DNA of 64,000 nt, taken from an uncultured Flavobacteriaceae bacterium. GTDB lineage: Bacteria; Bacteroidota; Bacteroidia; Flavobacteriales; Flavobacteriaceae. A program made the position numbers and the translations under genes. Below the pieces are notes generated by a model, which made no database searches, had not been told where the DNA came from, and worked only from the letters and a program-made list of their open reading frames with translations. Shown here in pieces: positions 1 through 8,509 of this stretch (position 1 is the first letter of the stretch; each line of letters starts with the position of its first letter). The stretch is taken from NCBI GenBank assembly GCA_964008075.1, contig CAXGAP010000001.1, positions 12,106 to 76,105 of the forward strand, read 5' to 3'.

Positions 1-37
1 GAAATAAAAAATATCGACACAAACGTCGAAAGTAAAA

Positions 38-1345
38 ATGGGAACATTTGTTGTAGAAGGTGGAAGGCCGCTGTCAGGAACCATTGAGCCGCAAGGCGCA
101 AAAAACGAGGCACTTCAAATTTTATGTGCAGTTCTTCTCACAGCAGAGCCAGTCGAAATTACCAATGTTCCAGAAATCGTTGATATCAACAAGTTACTTC
201 AAATCTTAGAAGCCCTAGGTGTTCGTATCCAAAAAAAGAGTGACAACCACTATGTTTTTCAAGCTGACCAAATCAATTTAGACTATCTCAAGTCAGATGA
301 TTTTAAGTCTGACGGAAGAAAAATCAGAGGGTCGATTATGTTGGTTGGTCCTTTGCTGACTCGATTTGGTAAAGGCTATATTCCCCGACCTGGTGGCGAC
401 AAAATTGGAAGAAGACGAGTCGATACTCATTTTGATGGACTCATAAAATTGGGTGCAGATTTTACCTATGATAGCGAAAACCACTTTTACAGTGTTGAGA
501 CAGATAGGCTAAAAGGAGCCTATTTACTCCTCGATGAGGCCTCTGTCACTGGAACAGCCAACTTGGTGATGGCAGCTGTGCTTGCAGATGGCACGACAAC
601 GATCTACAATGCTGCTTGCGAACCCTATTTACAACAACTCTGTGGTATGCTCAACAGGATGGGTGCCAAAATCTCTGGCGTTGGATCAAATCGATTGACG
701 ATTGAAGGTGTTGACAGCCTTTCTGGAACTACCCATCGCGTTTTACCTGATATGGTTGAAATCGGCAGTTGGATTGGTTTGGCAGCACTAACACGAAGTG
801 AATTGACAATCAAGAACGTTTCGTGGGACAATTTGGGTCAAATTCCAAGTGTTTTTCAAAAATTGGGGATTCGGATTGAAAAGCGCGACGATGATATTTA
901 CATCCCTGCACATACTGATGGTTATGAAGTTCAGAGTTTTATCGATGGCTCAATAATGACCATTTCTGATGCGCCATGGCCTGGTTTCACCCCCGATCTT
1001 TTAAGCATTATGCTTGTGGTCGCTACGCAGGCTAGAGGGAGTGTACTGATTCATCAAAAGATGTTTGAAAGTCGCTTGTTTTTTGTTGATAAGCTAATAG
1101 ATATGGGCGCAAAAATTATCCTTTGTGACCCTCACCGAGCGACTGTTATTGGGCATGATTTCACATCTTCCCTCAAAGGAACAACAATGACCTCTCCTGA
1201 TATTCGTGCTGGAATTTCGCTGTTAATTGCTGCTTTGTCGGCAAAAGGAAAGAGTACGATTCACAACATCGAACAGATCGATCGTGGCTATGAACGCATC
1301 GTTGAGAGACTACAATCTATCGGTGCTGAAATCAAGCGTATATAA
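38..1345 (+). CDS. murA: UDP-N-acetylglucosamine 1-carboxyvinyltransferase
   Basis: 435-aa ORF. MurA motifs read by eye: GAKNEALQILCAVLL, the active-site loop PGGDKIGRRRVDTH, and C-terminal IDRGYERI. Confidence 0.93.
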   Translation: MGTFVVEGGRPLSGTIEPQGAKNEALQILCAVLLTAEPVEITNVPEIVDINKLLQILEALGVRIQKKSDNHYVFQADQINLDYLKSDDFKSDGRKIRGSIMLVGPLLTRFGKGYIPRPGGDKIGRRRVDTHFDGLIKLGADFTYDSENHFYSVETDRLKGAYLLLDEASVTGTANLVMAAVLADGTTTIYNAACEPYLQQLCGMLNRMGAKISGVGSNRLTIEGVDSLSGTTHRVLPDMVEIGSWIGLAALTRSELTIKNVSWDNLGQIPSVFQKLGIRIEKRDDDIYIPAHTDGYEVQSFIDGSIMTISDAPWPGFTPDLLSIMLVVATQARGSVLIHQKMFESRLFFVDKLIDMGAKIILCDPHRATVIGHDFTSSLKGTTMTSPDIRAGISLLIAALSAKGKSTIHNIEQIDRGYERIVERLQSIGAEIKRI

Positions 1346-1358
1346 GGCCTGCTGATTC

Positions 1359-1640
1359 CTATCGTTTTGAAACCTTATTGTTGCTTATCCCTCGTTGACG
1401 ACTGCATTTAAATCGATTGATATCCTCGCCTCTTTGCTTGCTGTGCTTGGTCTTTCTGCCTTGTACGCGTTTTCGCCATAGCTTAAAACTTGAGGGTTTA
1501 AGATTGTTGCGCATGAGAGAAATAACCTCTTGCTCTTTGATACCAAACTGATACTTAATCGCATCAAAAGGGGTGCGGTCTTCCCATGCCATTTCGATAA
1601 TTCGGTCGATTTGTTCAACACTAAATTGTTTTTTTTCCAT
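1359..1640 (-). CDS. small basic protein of the DUF2805/TIGR03643 type (photolyase-neighbour family, function unknown)
   Basis: 93-aa ORF with a conserved-looking N-terminal half (IIEMAWEDRTPFDAIKYQFG) and a Lys/Arg-rich tail. Its ATG directly abuts the TAG of the upstream photolyase-family gene. Confidence 0.6.
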   Translation of the reverse strand: MEKKQFSVEQIDRIIEMAWEDRTPFDAIKYQFGIKEQEVISLMRNNLKPSSFKLWRKRVQGRKTKHSKQRGEDINRFKCSRQRGISNNKVSKR

Positions 1641-3131
1641 CTAATCAAAGTTGTTTCTATCTGCCAAGGTGTGCTTTAAAAGTATGCGTTTCGATTCTTT
1701 CCTGACTTTTGCAGATGCTTTTATCGACCAAAGTTGCTTGGAAGCATGTCTTGCTGCAGTTTGCAAGTCAATAACAGGTTTTGGATAGTCTTTCCCAAGA
1801 GAAAAATCATAAAGCTCTTCCTCAATAGCTGTGATATTCCAAGGCTCATGCTGTAGATGTAATGGAAGCTTACGCAGCTCTGGAACCCATTTGCAAAGAA
1901 ATACGCCCTCAGGGTCATGCGTTAAACTATTTTTTACTGGATTGTAAATTCGCAACATATTGATACCAGTTTCACCTGCTTGCATTTGGAATTGAGGATA
2001 ATGAATGCCAGGCTCAAAATCCAAAAACTGTTTTGCCAGATGCGTAACACCATGTTGCCAGGGTTGCCACAAATGATGGGTGAAAAACGATACCAACATC
2101 GCACGCATTCGAAAATTGATGTAACCTGTTTCAGCCAAACATCGCATAGATGCATCAACCAATGGAAAGCCTGTTTGTCCATCTTTCCAGGCTTGTATCA
2201 AGCTTTCATCAACTACTTTGTCTAATGATGCATATCCTTTGTTGATACTCTCAAATTCCATTCGATCCTCCATCTCAAACTTTTGAATAAAGTGGGCTTG
2301 CCATCGTAATCTTGATGTGAAAGCATTGAGTTGAAATTTCGATGCTTCCTTTCGTTTGGCCTGCTCGGCAGTTTGCCATACATAGCGAACCGATAAGTTG
2401 CCCCAAGCAATATATGGAGATAATCTACTACAAGCTTTTCGTGATAATTCTGGCTTTGAAATCGAGTTTTGATACGAATTATGACGATCATCTATAAAAC
2501 TATTCAAATAGGCAAGTCCTTGCTTTGTGCCACCCTTTTGGCGAATTTGATCAGTCTTATGTTTTGTCCATTCAAAAGGCTTAAAGTTCATCTCATCGAT
2601 TGCTGCAATAGACACAAATGAATCCTTTGTTGCTTCCCATTTTTGTATGGGTTCTGACATAAACTGATACCATTTTTTACGCCAATTCTTTCGATTTGAC
2701 AAACCCCGAAAAACACCATTATTTGTAAACTCTTTCCAATCGATCGATAAGGAATTACAAAACCCAGCCACCTCTTGATCTCTAGCATAGGTGCAAGCAA
2801 GCCCAGTTTCCTGATGACTGTATATTGTTTTGATCGTGTATTGCTTCTGTATTTCCTCAAACGTGTGCAGTATGTCTGAACTGCTTATGATTATTTTTGT
2901 GTCGTATTGTGAAAAGAAATGATTGAGTTCCTCCAAACTTTCGAATACAAATTGCCAATGTCTTTTGTCATAGTGATGATTCTCTGTCAATAGAGGTTCG
3001 AAATTATATACCAAAAGTGTAGGTATAGGGTCAATTACAGCAGCTTGAAGCATAGGGTTGTCGAGAACCCTAAGATCTCTTTTAAACCAAAAAACCGACA
3101 CTTCTGACTTAGTAGTCATCGGGATTGGCAA
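1641..3131 (-). CDS. cryptochrome/photolyase-family protein, divergent paralogue (subclass not assignable by eye)
   Basis: 496-aa ORF. N-terminal VFWFKRDLRVLDNPML photolyase motif and C-terminal FAD-domain block TGFPLVDASMRCL...RIYNP...WVPEL. Alternative start at Met5 (3119). Confidence 0.8.
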   Translation of the reverse strand: MPIPMTTKSEVSVFWFKRDLRVLDNPMLQAAVIDPIPTLLVYNFEPLLTENHHYDKRHWQFVFESLEELNHFFSQYDTKIIISSSDILHTFEEIQKQYTIKTIYSHQETGLACTYARDQEVAGFCNSLSIDWKEFTNNGVFRGLSNRKNWRKKWYQFMSEPIQKWEATKDSFVSIAAIDEMNFKPFEWTKHKTDQIRQKGGTKQGLAYLNSFIDDRHNSYQNSISKPELSRKACSRLSPYIAWGNLSVRYVWQTAEQAKRKEASKFQLNAFTSRLRWQAHFIQKFEMEDRMEFESINKGYASLDKVVDESLIQAWKDGQTGFPLVDASMRCLAETGYINFRMRAMLVSFFTHHLWQPWQHGVTHLAKQFLDFEPGIHYPQFQMQAGETGINMLRIYNPVKNSLTHDPEGVFLCKWVPELRKLPLHLQHEPWNITAIEEELYDFSLGKDYPKPVIDLQTAARHASKQLWSIKASAKVRKESKRILLKHTLADRNNFD

Positions 3132-4641
3132 TAATTTCGTAAGCTCGTGTTTTAATGGCAGCCAATTCCTCTGGATTGATTTTTCGCAACAAATTCAGCA
3201 TCATACCCATACGATTGTTGCTTTTGAGCAAGTCTTTTTTATCATCTAAAAAATTCCAATACAGGCTATTAAATGGGCAAGCATCATCACCTAACCTCTT
3301 TTTGTTGTTATAGCTGCACGACGAACAATAATTACTCATTTTATTGACATAAGACCCCGAGGAAACATAAGGTTTGGTAGCAACCATACCACCATCTGCA
3401 TATTGACTCATCCCTCGTGTGTTTGGGAGTTGTACCCATTCAACTGCATCTGCATATATGCCCAAATACCACTCATCAACAGCATCAGGATGGGTTTGCG
3501 CAAGTAGCGCAAAATTTCCTGTAATCATAAGCCTTTGAATGTGATGAGCATAAGCGTGTTCCAAACTGTTTTTTATGGTTGTACTCAGACAATTCATCTT
3601 TGTTTTTCCAGTCCAATAGAAATCTGGAAGGGGGTTGTTGTTTTCCAAAGCATTCAACTCTTTGTAAGAGGGCATTTCTTTCCAATACAATCCTCTGATG
3701 TATTCACGCCAACCCAGCACTTGCCTGACAAAACCCTCAACTTGAGAAAGGGAAATGACATCTGGCTGTTTTCTATAAGTGTCAATCGCATGGTTTATCA
3801 CCTCGAGGGGATTGATGATTTTAGCATTCAAAGCAAAAGATATTCTCGCATGAAAAAGATTGGTTTGCTCTTGATGCATTGCATCTTGATAGGTGCCAAA
3901 ATGCGCAAGGAGATGCTGGCAAAAGTAATCGAGTTGGTCGATACTTTCTTCTCTTGTCACTGGAAAGAGAAAATCGTCTTTTGAGAAAGTTCCAAGTGTT
4001 TTGATCCCTTCATTTTCAATCATTTTCTGTATGACATCGATCTCATCAACTTTTGGATAAAATGGAGGAGGGATTTCAGGCAATCCATTCCATTTGTTGC
4101 GATTGAATTTATCATAATTCCACGACCCACCTTCTGGTTGGTCATGCACCATGAGTATATCAAACTTTTTACGCATATAACGATAGAAAAACTCCATAAC
4201 CCATTTCTTTTTGCCTTCAAAAAAATGGGCCATCTCATCTCTTGTAGTTAGAAAATGTTCGGAGTCATACGATTTTGAAGGAATTTTTAAGTCCTTGCAA
4301 TACGAACGAAGTTGCTCGTTTAGGCGAAACTCGTCAGGCAGCTGATACGCAAACCGTTTTGCATCTAAAAGTGAAATGACTTTGTTGAGATTTGACTTCA
4401 GATCTTGCTCATTTTCAGGGTCATCAAGGGTGTAATATATAAACTGATGGCCTTCATTTTCTCTTGCTTTCGCAAAGTTTCTCATGGCGCCAAAAAAGGC
4501 AACGACTTTCTGTATGTGATGTTTGACATAGTTTGTTTCTTGACGCATTTCAAACATCACATAAATCACATCGCTGTTAACTTGCTCGAACCAGCTGTGT
4601 TCGGCATTAAGTTGATCGCCAAGAATAAGTCTAACTTCCAT
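3109..4641 (-). CDS. Fe-S cluster cryptochrome/photolyase (FeS-BCP/CryPro type, PhrB/CryB-like, probable (6-4) photolyase)
   Basis: The ORF track gives 3109..4665. I trimmed the start to MEVRLILGDQL (ATG at 4641), which overlaps the upstream stop as TAATG and matches the usual N-terminus of this family. Four Cys sit in Fe-S spacing (NCL ... CSSC-x12-C). Confidence 0.8.
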   Translation of the reverse strand: MEVRLILGDQLNAEHSWFEQVNSDVIYVMFEMRQETNYVKHHIQKVVAFFGAMRNFAKARENEGHQFIYYTLDDPENEQDLKSNLNKVISLLDAKRFAYQLPDEFRLNEQLRSYCKDLKIPSKSYDSEHFLTTRDEMAHFFEGKKKWVMEFFYRYMRKKFDILMVHDQPEGGSWNYDKFNRNKWNGLPEIPPPFYPKVDEIDVIQKMIENEGIKTLGTFSKDDFLFPVTREESIDQLDYFCQHLLAHFGTYQDAMHQEQTNLFHARISFALNAKIINPLEVINHAIDTYRKQPDVISLSQVEGFVRQVLGWREYIRGLYWKEMPSYKELNALENNNPLPDFYWTGKTKMNCLSTTIKNSLEHAYAHHIQRLMITGNFALLAQTHPDAVDEWYLGIYADAVEWVQLPNTRGMSQYADGGMVATKPYVSSGSYVNKMSNYCSSCSYNNKKRLGDDACPFNSLYWNFLDDKKDLLKSNNRMGMMLNLLRKINPEELAAIKTRAYEIIANPDDY

Positions 4642-5936
4642 TAGAACAATGTTTTTTGCAGCCACGTGGACTGATATTTCCCTTTTCCATCATAACGCTC
4701 TGCTTGTAGACCTACATTAAACACGCGATCTCTTGGGTCATTTCCAACACCAGCGTTATACATCCAATTGCCATAATTGCTGTGGACGTCATAATCGATT
4801 AACATGGATTCAAAATAAGCAGCACCCCAACGCCAGTCCATTTGCAATGTTTTTGCAAAATAACTCGCTACATTTTGTCTCCCACGATTACTCATAAACC
4901 CAGTATTTTTAAGTTCGAGCATATTGGCATTTACAAATGGTTCAGCTGTTGTGCCGTTAATCCATTGGCCATATACCTGTTGATTTTGCTTCCAATCATA
5001 TGCCCTTTTTTTGATTCCCCCAATATCGAAAATAGAACTGCCGTGGCGCAATGAAACATACTTGAAATAATCTCTCCATATCAATTCAAAAATTAGCCAA
5101 TAAGTTGATTGATTTTTATCAATTTCTTTCTCATAATCTTTTACCGACCAATAAATTGATTTGGGAGAGATAGATCCGTTTGCTAGCCATGAAGAAAACT
5201 TGGAACTGTAATCAGTTCCCAATAATCCATTCCTTGTTTTCTTGTAGTAAGATAACTTTTTAGTTGTCCAAGAATAGTGATTTAATCGTTTACTTGCTGC
5301 ACAACTTCCACCTTCAAATGGAAAGGCGCTGTTGGGGTGGATATCAAATGGCGCATATCCGAGCTCCTTTAAAGTCAATGGTTCACTAGAGGGAATTTGA
5401 TAATTTTCATCTGCAAGCTTTATGGGCTCTGGTGTGCAGGGTCGAACTGTACTATTTTTTTCACATGCTTTTCGAAAAACAGTAAAAACTTCAGGAAGGT
5501 CAACAATCGCAAAAGGCAAATCATCAGGATGAAATAAAAATTGATTGTAAGATTTGTGGACAGTGACAGTATCAGGTATGTTTTTTTCTTGATCAACTTC
5601 CTCTTTTGTCCATTCCTCTTGCATGTACAAATCAGTGATTTGATATTGATTGCAAAGCTGTTTCAAAGAACTTCCGCTGTCCAACTTTACGATCAAAGGA
5701 ATGTTTAACACCTTTAGTTCTTGCCTTAAATCTTCAATGGTTTCGATCAAAAAACGTGCCCTGAACACTTCCATTTTTTTGAATCCAAACTCTGTTTCTT
5801 TTAACCAAAAATCTGGAATCAGAACAAGACCTATAACTCTTTCGTGCTTTGTTGTTGCATTATAAAGCGATTGGTTGTCAGCGATCCGAAGATCATTCCT
5901 AAACCAAACTAAAGCTGTGTTTTGTTTTTCCTGCAT
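4641..5936 (-). CDS. DASH-type cryptochrome
   Basis: 431-aa ORF. LVWFRNDLRIADNQSL N-terminus and the DASH-like C-terminal block GNWMYNAGVGNDPRDRVFN. Confidence 0.85.
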   Translation of the reverse strand: MQEKQNTALVWFRNDLRIADNQSLYNATTKHERVIGLVLIPDFWLKETEFGFKKMEVFRARFLIETIEDLRQELKVLNIPLIVKLDSGSSLKQLCNQYQITDLYMQEEWTKEEVDQEKNIPDTVTVHKSYNQFLFHPDDLPFAIVDLPEVFTVFRKACEKNSTVRPCTPEPIKLADENYQIPSSEPLTLKELGYAPFDIHPNSAFPFEGGSCAASKRLNHYSWTTKKLSYYKKTRNGLLGTDYSSKFSSWLANGSISPKSIYWSVKDYEKEIDKNQSTYWLIFELIWRDYFKYVSLRHGSSIFDIGGIKKRAYDWKQNQQVYGQWINGTTAEPFVNANMLELKNTGFMSNRGRQNVASYFAKTLQMDWRWGAAYFESMLIDYDVHSNYGNWMYNAGVGNDPRDRVFNVGLQAERYDGKGKYQSTWLQKTLF

Positions 5937-6051
5937 TTTTGACTACAATATTTAACTTCATTCCAATTTTTTTTCCATTTTTTTCGCCATTTGAAGGGTC
6001 GATCACATACCAAACAAAGCTTTACGGGGAGATCCGCTTTTTTGACTCCTC

Positions 6052-7353
6052 TCATTTGTTTAAGGCAGATTTATAGGTTTCCAAACAACGTTCTCGTGCC
6101 ATTTTATGATCAACGATAGGTTTGGGATAAGAGGGCGATTGATAGTTGGGCACCCACTTTTTAATGTAGTCATGGTTTTTGTCAAACTTTTTGATCTGCT
6201 CTGTTGGATTAAAAATCCTAAAATAAGGCGCTGCATCAACCCCACATCCTGCGACCCATTGCCAATTACCAACATTACTCGCCATTTCATAATCCAAAAG
6301 CTTTTGGGCAAAATATGCCTCACCCAAGCGCCAATCGATCAGTAAATGTTTGCATAAAAAACTACCAACAAGCATACGTATTCGATTGTGCATAAATCCA
6401 GTTTGGTTCATTTCTTTCATGCCAGCATCAACAAATGGATAACCTGTTTCGCCATCACACCAACGCTGAAAATCTTCTGGACTGTTGCGCCACTCAATTC
6501 GATCGTATTGGGGTTTGAAACTTTGATTTTCGGTGTGCGGGAAGTGCCATAATATCTGCATAAAAAACTCACGCCAGATCAACTCCTTCAAAAAAGTTTG
6601 ATTTGTAGATTGCAATGCTTTGGCAACTGATTTTCGAATACTCACAGAACCAAAACGCAAGTGAACTCCTATTTTTGAAGTGCCTGCAACTGAGGGTGTG
6701 TTTCTCAACTCCTCATATTGAACGATGATTTGTTTCGAGGTGTTATACTGCGGCACAGCAATTTTGGATGTTGTGAAGCCAATATCTGACAAACTCGGAT
6801 TGTTGTGTGCTGTAAGTTTAACAAGTTTTTCAAAAGATGCAACACTGTAGTCTTTGAGATCTCTATCCTCTGCAAATGCAGCAAGCCAAGTTCTGGAATA
6901 AGGTGTATAAACGCGATAGGGAGTACCATCTGACTTGACGACCTCGTCTTGCTCAAAAATGACATGATCTTTGAAAGTTGAGAAAGAAATATTGTTCTCT
7001 TCTAGTAGGGTTTTGATTTCGGAGTCTCTTGTTGTGGCGTAAGGTTCATAATCTCGATTGGCGTAAACGGCATGAACTTTATTAGAATTTAAAATCTCTT
7101 TAAATACATTGATCGGCTTGCCACTAAAAACATGAATTTTCTTCTTTGATTGGGCAAGCTGACTGTTAATATCTTCGATTTGCTGAAATAAAAAGGAAAC
7201 ACGAGCATCGTCTTTGGGCAAACGACTCAAAATATCAGTGTCGAAAATAAAGATGGGAAGTACATTCGATTCATTCTGCAGGGCATGATAAAGACCCACA
7301 TTGTCGTCTAAACGTAAGTCCCTGCGAAACCAAAACAATGCAATAGAATCCAA
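6052..7353 (-). CDS. phr: class I CPD deoxyribodipyrimidine photo-lyase
   Basis: 433-aa ORF. Motifs LFWFRRDLRLDDNVGL, TGYPFVDAGMKEMNQTGFMHNRIRML and GNWQWVAGCGVDAAPYFRIFNP. Confidence 0.9.
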   Translation of the reverse strand: MDSIALFWFRRDLRLDDNVGLYHALQNESNVLPIFIFDTDILSRLPKDDARVSFLFQQIEDINSQLAQSKKKIHVFSGKPINVFKEILNSNKVHAVYANRDYEPYATTRDSEIKTLLEENNISFSTFKDHVIFEQDEVVKSDGTPYRVYTPYSRTWLAAFAEDRDLKDYSVASFEKLVKLTAHNNPSLSDIGFTTSKIAVPQYNTSKQIIVQYEELRNTPSVAGTSKIGVHLRFGSVSIRKSVAKALQSTNQTFLKELIWREFFMQILWHFPHTENQSFKPQYDRIEWRNSPEDFQRWCDGETGYPFVDAGMKEMNQTGFMHNRIRMLVGSFLCKHLLIDWRLGEAYFAQKLLDYEMASNVGNWQWVAGCGVDAAPYFRIFNPTEQIKKFDKNHDYIKKWVPNYQSPSYPKPIVDHKMARERCLETYKSALNK

Positions 7354-7354
7354 T

Positions 7355-8047
7355 TTAGTGTGTGTTTAGTGATGACATCCCTCCATCCAAGCCAATGATT
7401 TGACCAGTCATCCAACTGCTTTCATCGCTGAGCAAGAAACGCGTCATTGATGCGACGTCTTCAGCTTTGCCAACACGCTTCAATGGGTGTCGCTGTGCCG
7501 ATTTTTCCATTTTAGTTTCATTGTTCAAAAAGCGATCTGCCAATGGGGTGTTGGTAATCGACGGCGCAATCACATTCACTCTAGTGTTGGGTGCTAGCTC
7601 AGCAGCAAGTGACTTGCCAAGGCCCTCAAGCGCTCCCTTAGATGCGGCCACACTCGCGTGAAATGGCATCCCCACTTTTACTGCGACTGTACTGTACAAT
7701 ACGACACTACTGTTGGTAGTCAACTTTGGCAAAACAGCTTGCATACAACTGACAAAGCCCAAAACATTGATCTTGAAATCTGCTTCAAAAGCCTCTGGCT
7801 TAAGCCCTTTAAATGGGCGTAAATTGATACTGCCTGGACAATACACAAGCCCTGACAATTCACTAGGCAAGTCGAGCGTTGATAAATCATCAGTTGTCAC
7901 ATCAAAGGGGAGATGATTTATGGATAGTCCTGCGAGTGCCTCTGATGATCGAGAGGCTATATATACTTCGTGGGTTTCAGCAAGCAGTTTCACTGTTGCG
8001 AGGCCAATACCACTCGACCCTCCAATAAATAAGATATTCTTTTTCAT
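7355..8047 (-). CDS. short-chain dehydrogenase/reductase-fold protein (atypical: catalytic Tyr position is Val)
   Basis: 230-aa ORF with a Rossmann motif IGGSSGIGLA. The YxxxK block reads VAASK. The stop lies 1 nt from the phr start. Confidence 0.75.
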   Translation of the reverse strand: MKKNILFIGGSSGIGLATVKLLAETHEVYIASRSSEALAGLSINHLPFDVTTDDLSTLDLPSELSGLVYCPGSINLRPFKGLKPEAFEADFKINVLGFVSCMQAVLPKLTTNSSVVLYSTVAVKVGMPFHASVAASKGALEGLGKSLAAELAPNTRVNVIAPSITNTPLADRFLNNETKMEKSAQRHPLKRVGKAEDVASMTRFLLSDESSWMTGQIIGLDGGMSSLNTH

Positions 8048-8050
8048 GTT

Positions 8051-8509
8051 CTATTTATATTTTCCAAAGATGCTTTCGAGCTTTTGCTCGCGATAATTAA
8101 AAATGGATCGCACTTTGTTCTTAACAAACAGCCAGTGCGCAAAACGCCCCAGCAAACCCAAAGGCAGTTTATAATCTACGATATCTGTCATTTTCACCCC
8201 ATTTGGGATTTCTTCAATAAAATGCTTGTGATGCCAAAAAGTATAAGGTCCAAAGCGTTGTTCGTCAACAAAGTATCGCTCATGCTCCACATGAGTGATT
8301 TCAGTCACCCAACGAAAAGGAATCTTGAGAATAGGAGTGAGGATATACTGTATGATTTGCCCTGGAAACATCTTACGATCTGCACCTGAAATGATATCAA
8401 AACCCATATAATCTGGCGTAATCGTCTTTAGATTCTTGGGATCTGACAAAAATTCCCATGCTTCTTTAATATCGATTGGTAAATTTTGCTCTGATGTATA
8501 GCTGTACAC
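8051..8509 (-). CDS. SRPBCC/START-like small protein (function unknown)
   Basis: 152-aa ORF with a GTG start, lying 3 nt upstream of the SDR gene. The fold family is assigned from general sequence resemblance only. Confidence 0.5.
   Translation of the reverse strand: MYSYTSEQNLPIDIKEAWEFLSDPKNLKTITPDYMGFDIISGADRKMFPGQIIQYILTPILKIPFRWVTEITHVEHERYFVDEQRFGPYTFWHHKHFIEEIPNGVKMTDIVDYKLPLGLLGRFAHWLFVKNKVRSIFNYREQKLESIFGKYK

Noticed and set aside
1385-1648. 87-aa alternative frame overlapping the DUF2805-type gene.
   Set aside because: The 93-aa frame gives the conserved-looking AWEDRTPFDAIKYQFG sequence and abuts the upstream stop exactly. The 87-aa frame has no recognisable features.
3535-3984. 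149-aa ORF antisense to the Fe-S photolyase gene. Other long antisense or out-of-frame ORFs are similar: 10771-11118, 23336-23665, 45609-45962, 54821-55228, 55576-55953 and 57883-58248.
   Set aside because: Each lies entirely inside, or spans, well-supported genes on the other strand or in another frame. Their sequences are low-complexity or Cys/Phe-rich and carry no recognisable motif, promoter box or signal. They are most simply shadow ORFs.
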